A DNA stretch of 64,000 bases, taken from contig LBWX01000002.1 in NCBI GenBank assembly GCA_000995065.1, positions 62,586-126,585 of the forward strand, in the 5' to 3' direction. Each line of letters opens with the position of its first letter. The stretch's first letter is position 1. This stretch comes from a candidate division CPR2 bacterium GW2011_GWC2_39_35 (GTDB taxonomy: Bacteria > Patescibacteriota > CPR2). Below are positions 17,802 to 25,441 of this stretch, piece by piece. The notes under the pieces were generated by a model. The model was not told the origin of the DNA. It was given only the letters and a program-made list of their open reading frames with translations, and searched no databases. Position numbers and translations under genes: made by a program.

Positions 17802-19235
17802 TTAGGGGATAAGATTATTGATGATCTTCTCCCCTAAGAATGAATAAATGCTTCCCTCTTTGTTGAAATCTATAGAATTATCGGCTACTAGTTCTGCAAG
17901 TGTCTGTCCAACTGCTACTTCCCATGGCTTAGAGCTTCCAGTGATGCCCACTAAATCGTTCCTAATGCTTTTAATATCATAATTCATCCGGTCAAAATCA
18001 CTTTCTTTAAACCCGGACATCACCAAGAAATTAGGGTGTGCTGTGTTAACATCGAGCCAATGTTCAATACCAGCCTGAAGCGCAGCCCAATCCATTCCAA
18101 GCTTACTCAGAACCTCATCAGTTAAGAGCAAATTTTCAGCATTTCTACATGATAGCTTCAACCGTACTACGGGCAGAATGTCATCTATCGTCCCATCGCT
18201 ATCATCTCGATCTCTTAACGAATAGGCCGTTGCATTGTCATAAACGGCTTGAATAATGTTCTTAGCTTCTTGTTCATAATCGTTCAGTTCACTAATCCCA
18301 CCAGTAGGGCAAGGATATACCTTGACTCTTCCATTTGATGACCGAACCGCTTGCTGCCATATACGCTCATCGTCTTCGCCCTCGACTAATAGCAATGGGG
18401 CTTCATTAAAAATGTTCGATAATGGATGTGCTCCAAAAACCGGCAGAATGCTTCTGTATACAGGAGTAATTGGTTTAAATTCTAAGCAGGTTTGCCCTGA
18501 CTTCATGAATGCGATATGAGCGTTATGTTGAGACTCTAGAGCCCCTAAAATTGCTGTACTATGTGTTGACAACACAATCTTAAATGCATTTTCTTCAACC
18601 AAATTTATAAGAAAATGCATTAGACGTACTTGCAAGTCTGGATGTAAATGAACGTCGGGCTCGTCAAGAAATAACATATTGTCTTTGTTCGGCACACATT
18701 CTTTGCTGAAAACTAAGCATTCGATACCTAAAGAGATTAATTCACTTTCCCCGCTACTAATCATCCCGGCATTAAGTTCTGTGTCATCTCCCTTTTGATA
18801 GATTTTAAAAGTGGTATCATCTCTCGCAATCCTGATATTATCAAGCAAGTCATTGATTTTATCTACATAAAGGTCAAATGTATAAGCATGATCGCTTCTT
18901 TTGCCTCTCTCTATCTCTCTTAATATCAACGTTTCCAACTTCCTGTACTGCACTACGCTTTGCTGTCTGAATTGGTTATATTGATTATTTCTACGGGTAT
19001 CGGGTAGCCATGAGGGGCTATCTGTTAAATTTTGTTCAATACCGGCTTCATAAATTAAGGATCCGCCTCGTTCGGGCGTTATATATTTAGCTTTACCAAA
19101 AGCAGGATTATTCGAAAGAAGGTTCTGCTCTACTGTTCTTATTAGCCTGCTCTTGCCACATCCATTTTTGCCGAGAACAATGTTAACGTTATTTAGATTT
19201 ATTAAGCTGTAACCACTGATATTAATAATTTCCAT
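17802..19235 (-). CDS. OLD-family ATP-dependent endonuclease (N-terminal ABC-like ATPase plus C-terminal TOPRIM), class-1-like and stand-alone
   Basis: Walker A (GKNGCGKSRL), Walker B plus H-loop (LFLDEPDVHLHPD...LSTHS), and a C-terminal TOPRIM-like LLLVEGEDDE. Confidence 0.75.
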   Translation of the reverse strand: MEIINISGYSLINLNNVNIVLGKNGCGKSRLIRTVEQNLLSNNPAFGKAKYITPERGGSLIYEAGIEQNLTDSPSWLPDTRRNNQYNQFRQQSVVQYRKLETLILREIERGKRSDHAYTFDLYVDKINDLLDNIRIARDDTTFKIYQKGDDTELNAGMISSGESELISLGIECLVFSKECVPNKDNMLFLDEPDVHLHPDLQVRLMHFLINLVEENAFKIVLSTHSTAILGALESQHNAHIAFMKSGQTCLEFKPITPVYRSILPVFGAHPLSNIFNEAPLLLVEGEDDERIWQQAVRSSNGRVKVYPCPTGGISELNDYEQEAKNIIQAVYDNATAYSLRDRDDSDGTIDDILPVVRLKLSCRNAENLLLTDEVLSKLGMDWAALQAGIEHWLDVNTAHPNFLVMSGFKESDFDRMNYDIKSIRNDLVGITGSSKPWEVAVGQTLAELVADNSIDFNKEGSIYSFLGEKIINNLIP

Positions 19236-19374
19236 AATTTCTCCATATTACTTGACTGTTTCGTCATCATCTAGTCCCTTGACTTAATCGTTATCTAAGA
19301 CATGTTCATTATACAGCAAACAGTTGTTCGATTATAGTTTAACAAAGCGGTTATGGACAAACGCTATATTAGCC

Positions 19375-19620
19375 AAATTTCAATGATTTTAGACCCCGGA
19401 TCGGTCAATCTTCGAACCAAAAAAATGGCTGTTCAGAGCCATTATCGATAAATTGGGTTATTTTTGGTCCAATCTTTTCCAAAAATTCGAACCGATATTT
19501 TAGCTCTACAGAGCCCTAAAACAGGCTAATTTACAGATTCTACCATATTGGCTCCCCGGATCGGGCAATCTTCGAACTTTTGGAGCGTTTGTGCTTATAT
19601 GCCAGCGCTTAATACTAAAT
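19375..19620 (+). repeat. composite intergenic repeat, full copy of subtype B
   Basis: Contains TTCAATGATTTTAGACCCCGGATCGGTCAATCTTCGAACC, the hairpin AATGGCTGTTCAGAGCCATT and TTGGCTCCCCGGATCGGGCAATCTTCGAACTTTTGGAGCG...GCTTAATACTA. Confidence 0.75.
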
Positions 19621-19625
19621 AAGAA

Positions 19626-20666
19626 CTAAGGTTTTTCAACCCTATCAATCATAAACTTAACTGTTTCATTCATATTGATTGGCTTTATAACAATATCCGG
19701 ATGTTTTGATTGAAACACTCTAAATATTTCATCAGCAAATGCCTGACCGATTGTAGGCACTTTGTCGAAGTCTAAAATTATAACCTTAAATTTTGACAAA
19801 TTTACCGTTACTCTTCTGGCCTGCGACCTTGAAACATAAATAGTACCCATGGCATATAGTTTGATTCTGATTTCTGTCTTATCAAAAGCCATTTCTTCCG
19901 AATCCGTTTGATATTTAGCAAAAACATCGCTGAGATGTTTCCCTGATTCGACTGAAATAGTAAACGTTACCCTAGTTCCTTTTTTGGCAGGCTTTATATC
20001 TTCGACAAAAACATCATTTATTAGATTATCTATTCTTAGCCGATATTCAAAACTATCCAAAACAAAGATATCTGCCGCTTTTGAAGTAAAAAAGATACCC
20101 TCGCCCGAATGAGCTTGAGGCGCCGTTGTTGTTTTGCCTTTTAAAAGATCCTGAATTGCTTCCAGTTCGGATTTTAAGCCTCTCTTTTTCATAATGTTTC
20201 TAAAAACCCCAATGCCAGAGTCCGAGATGGTAAACTTTAAATTATTATTCTCTTTAATAACTTCTATGTCGATTTCTGAAGACAGGGAATGCTCAATTGC
20301 ATTATTAAGCATCTCTGAAAACGCGAAAGTAAAGATGCTTAAAACATTCTCGGTTAGCTTGCCCAGGAAAGGCGTTTGTTTTTGGATTCGATCTAAAATC
20401 TCATGTTCCTGCAAATTAACATTTTTAAGTCTGATGTGGGTTCTATTTCTTAAAAGATCCGCATCCCGAGGAAGCGCATATTCGGTAAAACGACCGCCTC
20501 CAGAACGAATGAGTTCACCCTTTTGGACCAAGTCCTTTAATATCGAGGTAATATATTGCCTAGAAACCTCTATGTCTAAATTCGCTAAAATATCAGAAAG
20601 ACCAAGTTTTCCTTTTACATGTGCGACATTAAATATTGTTTGTGTCACTTTTTTCTTAATATCCAT
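19626..20666 (-). CDS. wHTH plus GHKL (histidine-kinase-like) ATPase plus C-terminal STAS-like (DUF4325-type) domain protein
   Basis: A winged-helix-like N-terminus, GHKL motifs (NNAIEH, DSGIG, GEG) and a C-terminal STAS-like fold (VIILDFDKV...). Confidence 0.55.
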   Translation of the reverse strand: MDIKKKVTQTIFNVAHVKGKLGLSDILANLDIEVSRQYITSILKDLVQKGELIRSGGGRFTEYALPRDADLLRNRTHIRLKNVNLQEHEILDRIQKQTPFLGKLTENVLSIFTFAFSEMLNNAIEHSLSSEIDIEVIKENNNLKFTISDSGIGVFRNIMKKRGLKSELEAIQDLLKGKTTTAPQAHSGEGIFFTSKAADIFVLDSFEYRLRIDNLINDVFVEDIKPAKKGTRVTFTISVESGKHLSDVFAKYQTDSEEMAFDKTEIRIKLYAMGTIYVSRSQARRVTVNLSKFKVIILDFDKVPTIGQAFADEIFRVFQSKHPDIVIKPINMNETVKFMIDRVEKP

Positions 20667-20703
20667 ATGAATCCTTCTTATTGTACGACTATTATAGTAT
20701 AAC

Positions 20704-20756
20704 GTAAACTCAATGTAAACAACAATATTTTCAATGTAAACTCAATGTAAACTGAG
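20704..20756. promoter_or_regulatory. CAATGTAAAC direct repeats (3-4 copies) upstream of the HTH-GHKL-STAS gene, putative operator iterons
   Basis: AAACTCAATGTAAAC...TTCAATGTAAACTCAATGTAAACTGA lies immediately upstream of the gene start at 20666. Confidence 0.45.
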
Positions 20757-20772
20757 GTTTTTTAGAGAAGTA

Positions 20773-20822
20773 AGGATCGAACTTTTGGAGCAGTTGTGCC
20801 TTTATGCAACTGCTTAATATAT
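20773..20822 (+). repeat. composite intergenic repeat, partial right-end copy
   Basis: GGATCGAACTTTTGGAGCAGTTGTGCCTTTATGCAACTGCTTAATATA matches the right ends of the subtype-B copies. Confidence 0.6.
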
Positions 20823-20935
20823 TATAGCCAAAGCCCTCTTTAAAAGAAACGTCCCCAGTATCAATAAATCAATACTGGGGACAGCCCCGCAAACCCTTAT
20901 GATGTTTTCTACCGCAGAAGGATGGAAGCGACCGA

Positions 20936-21472
20936 TTATTTTCGTTTTGCAAAGAACCTGTTCATTAGCCGGGTAAAAGTCCCTTGGTATTTTATAAGGT
21001 CCTTCTTGTCAATGCTCCACTGATCTTGCCCATCGACTGCAAAAGCCGCAATTTGGACATTGGGATAAAGCCTTACCCATGTACGCCGCCGAAGGTCTTG
21101 CGTTGACTCGATCACCTTTTTGCCTTCAACAAACCCTTCGGTTGATTGCAAGCCTGCATCTGTAAGCGTGATTTCGCGTCGTGTGTGCTCTGTGCCAATG
21201 GTTTCATCGAAGTAGAGCTTTCCGAAAGACATCTGAGAATCGCTTTCCCAAAAACGGTCTGACATGGTTGGCTCTAAATCGGGAACGAGCGCTTCCATCA
21301 GGGCTTGAAGTTTTTCGGCATCGTAGATACCTTGCTTAGGAGCCACATAAATATCAAACGTGTGGCTAAAGCCATTTTTGCCCGGCAGATAGTTGCTCTC
21401 CTGTATTTCCACGATCTCGATGTCCTTGTTTGCCTTTAATGCTTCCTGAACATGCGATGTTTTACTTTTCAC
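20936..21472 (-). CDS. hypothetical protein
   Basis: A 178-aa ORF. Confidence 0.4.
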   Translation of the reverse strand: MKSKTSHVQEALKANKDIEIVEIQESNYLPGKNGFSHTFDIYVAPKQGIYDAEKLQALMEALVPDLEPTMSDRFWESDSQMSFGKLYFDETIGTEHTRREITLTDAGLQSTEGFVEGKKVIESTQDLRRRTWVRLYPNVQIAAFAVDGQDQWSIDKKDLIKYQGTFTRLMNRFFAKRK

Positions 21473-21739
21473 CTTATTTCCTCCTTAACTGGCTCGCTAG
21501 GCGAGAATCCTACTTTTCCCTTGATGCAACAATCAAGCAACAGTTTTTATTACCTGGTTATTGCATCAAGAAATAAAACAAAAGGATTAATCTATATCCC
21601 AGCTACCTGAGGAATAAAGAGAAGTGTCAGTTCTGAAGTAGAAACTTTTGATGCAGGTTCTAAAGGGGCATCGAAATAAACAAGTGTTTATTTGACGCTT
21701 TATATTATCATAAAAACGTATTTTAGTCAAGTATCTAAA

Positions 21740-21905
21740 GGTTGGGTTCAAACCATTGAGTTGGCTTGGCAAAGCAAAAAAACAGGCTTATGGTTCGAAT
21801 CCTATCCGGGGTTTACTTTTCCACATACTAAAAAATGCCTATCTAAAGGCATTTTTCCAGATTTTTACATTGGCTCCCATACAAAAACGTGTTTAGAACT
21901 TTGGA
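21740..21905. repeat. tRNA-fragment-like repeat region containing an inverted GACCCCGGAT-type module and a TTGGCTCCCA module
   Basis: GGTTCGAATCCTATCCGGGGTTTAC is the reverse-complement homolog of GACCCCGGATCGGACTATCTTCGAACC. TTGGCTCCCATACAAAAACGTGTTTAGAACTTTGGATTGGGAG resembles 4199-4250. There is no complete tRNA cloverleaf. Confidence 0.5.
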
Positions 21906-22008
21906 TTGGGAGAAGATTGCTGAAGAATTAGAAATATTTCAAAGAATATCGCAATTTCAATTACAAAAAAATTAACATTCAAAAATTTCCTGCTAGATAA
22001 AATATGTC

Positions 22009-22413
22009 TTATCTTTTAGCTGAAGAGACTTTAAAAGTAGAGTGGTCTATATCAAATGCGAAAAAGAAAGCCATTCTATCATCGTTAGATAACCCAAAAA
22101 TAATTTTAAAAGCGCTTTTCCCATAGTCTACCCTAAAGAGATTCTTCTCATATCCGAACAAATTGACTAGCCTTTTACCCTCTTTGCTATTTGGCCTAAC
22201 CGGTTGAATGTCCGCCCCAACGCCTTTACTTTTTAGCTCCAATAAGCTTTCTGAGTCTATCAATGCGGAAATTAAATTTTTAACCTTAATAACGTGGGTA
22301 TCATCTAGATAAAGCTTTTCAACCGGAAAATGAGAATATTTATAATTAGAAAAACAAGGGAGAAAACCACGCTTTGCCATTTTATATATCGTTACTTTTA
22401 AAGTAGCTACCAA
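22009..22413 (-). CDS. putative toxin, RelE/ParE-like
   Basis: A 134-aa ORF downstream of and overlapping the Panacea-domain gene. The segment FRVDYGKSAFKIIFG resembles the RelE/ParE core. Confidence 0.35.
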   Translation of the reverse strand: MVATLKVTIYKMAKRGFLPCFSNYKYSHFPVEKLYLDDTHVIKVKNLISALIDSESLLELKSKGVGADIQPVRPNSKEGKRLVNLFGYEKNLFRVDYGKSAFKIIFGLSNDDRMAFFFAFDIDHSTFKVSSAKR

Positions 22414-22834
22414 TCTCAGCTTTCGGTATAATATTATTTTCCCCTTCTTGATAAAACTTATTCCAAGGCGTATTTGGCTTATGGGTTTGTTTTACTAAAA
22501 AAGAAGCAGAAAACTTACCAACATCTTCCCAAATCTTATTTAGAAAATCACCTAGTTGTTGGGATATATTTTGCGGTTCGGCAGGAACATCAAAAACAGT
22601 AATGGGGAAATTCCCACAACTTTTGAATGCACTATAAACATTTTTAACAACTGGGCCTAAGGCCCAAGCCTCTATTTCTTCATCAAAAATAGGATTCTTG
22701 TATTGAGCGATATATTTACCTTGAGCAAAATAAAGAAGCTTTTGAAGCTTTAAGTTTGTCAAATCGTTCTCGTCTATATGGCTTGCCAATACCACAAAAT
22801 AATTAGCTATGTCGATTGCATTTACTTTATCCAT
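22382..22834 (-). CDS. Panacea-domain (DUF4065, SocA/PanA-like) putative antitoxin
   Basis: KLQKLLYFAQGKYIAQY...EAWALGPVVKNVY matches the DUF4065/Panacea signature. Confidence 0.6.
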   Translation of the reverse strand: MDKVNAIDIANYFVVLASHIDENDLTNLKLQKLLYFAQGKYIAQYKNPIFDEEIEAWALGPVVKNVYSAFKSCGNFPITVFDVPAEPQNISQQLGDFLNKIWEDVGKFSASFLVKQTHKPNTPWNKFYQEGENNIIPKAEIGSYFKSNDI

Positions 22835-22977
22835 TTTTGTTTCCTCTACTAAAGCTTATTCTTATTAAATAATAATGCTTGTCTAATAAAATTATACTTT
22901 ATTATAGGAAAGATTTACAGAAATTCTATAATGCTATAATAATAACTAATAAGAATTAAATAAAGAAGTGATGAATT

Positions 22978-23766
22978 ATGTCTGACGAATTTAATGAAGG
23001 GCGATTTTCCGATGAGGAGCTAAAAGAATATGAAAAGATACATCAAATATATTTTGATAACAAGGGTTTTCAGAAAATGTGGAATTACTTTTTGGATATC
23101 ACCAAGAAAGAATACTTTAACGATGTTATAAAAGAGCTAAGAAAAAAATACGAAATTCCTCCGAACGGTTACAAGCCAGATGAAGACGGTTGCTATCGTT
23201 TTCCTCCACGAAACACAATTTTTGAAGACAATTTTCAAAAAGAACTAGCCCTTCGAAATGAAATAATCGAGAAAATATGTCGTAAATATCAACTTCATAA
23301 TTTCGATTTTTCTGACGTAGTGCTTCGTTATGTTTTTTATAATTATATTGAGTTATCAAACCAACTTGGAGCTTGCGGATTATTTATAGTATCCGATGTT
23401 ATTAAAGAAAAAGAAGACCCATTTAGTGAATTTGTTCAACAAAGCGATGATATGGCTTATCCTATTGCCATAAGAATAAGCCCTTATGCTAGCCAAAGAG
23501 ATTTAATTGATTTTATAAAAAACAAAATTGTTTGGAAAAAAGAAATTGAATTTTTGCAAAACAAATATAAGGACAAAAATATAAAAATTGGTAGAGTTAA
23601 AGCCAAAAACCAATCGACTCAGGAACGAAATGACTTTATATACCAAAATAGAGATAAAACATTAAAGGAGGTTAGGGAGCTTCTAGCCGATAAAAATATA
23701 TTCTTAGACGATGGACATATTGCAAAAATAATATCGCTTGAGAAGCAAAAAAGAAAAGAAGTGTAG
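22978..23766 (+). CDS. hypothetical protein
   Basis: A 262-aa ORF and the first gene of the co-directional block 22978-31427. Confidence 0.4.
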   Translation: MSDEFNEGRFSDEELKEYEKIHQIYFDNKGFQKMWNYFLDITKKEYFNDVIKELRKKYEIPPNGYKPDEDGCYRFPPRNTIFEDNFQKELALRNEIIEKICRKYQLHNFDFSDVVLRYVFYNYIELSNQLGACGLFIVSDVIKEKEDPFSEFVQQSDDMAYPIAIRISPYASQRDLIDFIKNKIVWKKEIEFLQNKYKDKNIKIGRVKAKNQSTQERNDFIYQNRDKTLKEVRELLADKNIFLDDGHIAKIISLEKQKRKEV

Positions 23767-23978
23767 TGCACAAGAAATGATATGTAACACATAAAGCTCT
23801 TATACTTATTTTTATCTATGAAATAACCTTTGGAATATAAGGTTATTTTTTATTTTAAAAACTATGGAAGAAACAAAGAGCGACAGATTAACAAACGAAA
23901 AACTTGAAGCCAAATACAATTTGACTGGCTTTTTTAAGTTGCTCTTAGAAATTGATATGAGAGTTAACCCACATTTAT

Positions 23979-24239
23979 ATGAAAATAACGGAAATACAAA
24001 TTATCCCGATCAAAGCAAATAACGGCTTAGTTGCCTTTGGCAGTGTTGTTATTAACGATAGCCTATATTTGGCTTCTATTGGGATACACAAGAAGAGAGA
24101 TGGGAGCGGTTATAGGATTACCTACCCCACTAAGAAAATCGGCAATAAAGATATGAATATTTTTCATCCAATCAATAAAGAAACAAGCAAACTAATTGAG
24201 GACGCAATAATATCAAAGGCTAAAGAAATATTAAATTAA
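23979..24239 (+). CDS. spoVG: SpoVG-family protein
   Basis: MKITEIQIIPIKANNGLVAFGSVVINDSLYLASIGIHKK..FHPIN aligns with SpoVG (MEVTDVRLRRV..GRMRAIASITLD..FVVHDIRVI....HPIN). Confidence 0.7.
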   Translation: MKITEIQIIPIKANNGLVAFGSVVINDSLYLASIGIHKKRDGSGYRITYPTKKIGNKDMNIFHPINKETSKLIEDAIISKAKEILN

Positions 24240-24271
24240 TTTAAAAATGTATTTAAGAAAAAAGTAATGAA

Positions 24272-25414
24272 ATGCTGGATACCATAATCTTACAAATTCA
24301 TATTGATAAGTGCTTTATGATTGACTTTAAAATGTTTAACACAACTAAAGAAGAAGTGTTTAATACGAAAACGTCATTTAAAAAATGGATGAATAATCCA
24401 ACGGCACAGGATAAAAAAGATGGGATTTATAAGCCTAGGCTGACGCTAATTAAAAGAGGTAGGGTATTTACTATAACGATTGAATTTTCTGCTCCAAAGA
24501 TAATTTTTAATAATAACTTAGACGAGTTAGAAGAAACTAATTTTGATAACGTTGTTAAAACATTACAGGAACGAATGAAAAGTATGGGAGTATGGATTTT
24601 GACGCTGAACATTGAAGAAGCTGATGTTTTATCTTTTCACCCGTCAAAAAACATAGCACTAAGCGGAGGCTATACGGCAAGTTTTGCAATAAGGGAATTA
24701 AGAAAAATAGATTTAAGTAAAAGGTTTGATCTTGACGAAAAGAAATTTAGAAATGGCGAAATTTTGCAGTTATATACCAAATCTCATTCCTTTGTTCTTT
24801 ACGATAAAATCAATGACCTTAAAAAACCTAAAAGCAGAGCAACAGACAAAGACCGGACACCTCAACAAATAGATTTGTTTGAATATATTCAGAAGGAAAA
24901 CAAAAGACTTGAAGTGTTGAGGCTAGAAGTAAGATTAAGCTCAAAACGAAAAATGAATGAACAATTGGAAAAACTGGGATATGCCCCAAATCCTCCGTTC
25001 AAAGAGATCTTTAAACAAGAATTATGCAAAAAAATTATTAACCAATACTGGAATGATTTTTTTAGCGACAACCAATTTATCTTTAACATCAATAGTAACC
25101 CACAAGATATATTACAGTTGATACTTCGGAGGTATCCAAAGATAAAAATTATAAAAGCTATCAATATTGTTGGCCTTTATTCGCTTTGTAGAGATGAGGA
25201 AGGAATGAGAGGATTTAGAAAAACAATTGATAGCCATAAACCCAAAAGCAATTGGGATACGGTAAAAAAATATATCAAGATGCTTGATGATGAAATTTTT
25301 GCTAATCCTACTTGGAAATTTATACCGGAAATAAAGCAACAAATTGATCGCTTTGAACCTTTTCGCACAGATAATTTATCCACAGAAAATGATTTGATGT
25401 GTAAAGAAAAGTAA
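24272..25414 (+). CDS. hypothetical protein (possible replication/initiator-like protein, guess only)
   Basis: A 380-aa basic protein with no confident motif match. The function is inferred from context only. Confidence 0.4.
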   Translation: MLDTIILQIHIDKCFMIDFKMFNTTKEEVFNTKTSFKKWMNNPTAQDKKDGIYKPRLTLIKRGRVFTITIEFSAPKIIFNNNLDELEETNFDNVVKTLQERMKSMGVWILTLNIEEADVLSFHPSKNIALSGGYTASFAIRELRKIDLSKRFDLDEKKFRNGEILQLYTKSHSFVLYDKINDLKKPKSRATDKDRTPQQIDLFEYIQKENKRLEVLRLEVRLSSKRKMNEQLEKLGYAPNPPFKEIFKQELCKKIINQYWNDFFSDNQFIFNINSNPQDILQLILRRYPKIKIIKAINIVGLYSLCRDEEGMRGFRKTIDSHKPKSNWDTVKKYIKMLDDEIFANPTWKFIPEIKQQIDRFEPFRTDNLSTENDLMCKEK

Positions 25415-25441
25415 AGTATAGTTTTATTTAGGTGTTATTAT

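Noticed and set aside
20194-20670. 158-aa + strand ORF
   Set aside because: It is antisense to the HTH-GHKL-STAS gene, which has clear motifs. It is a shadow ORF.
21740-21805. Possible tRNA gene, because of GGTTCGAATCC
   Set aside because: The sequence has a T-loop-like motif and an acceptor-like CCGGGG, but no D-arm or anticodon arm can be folded. It is better explained as an inverted copy of the tRNA-end-like repeat module.
10120-21910. CRISPR array
   Set aside because: The repeats are 60-270 bp, are not regularly spaced short direct repeats, and contain genes between them. No cas genes are present.
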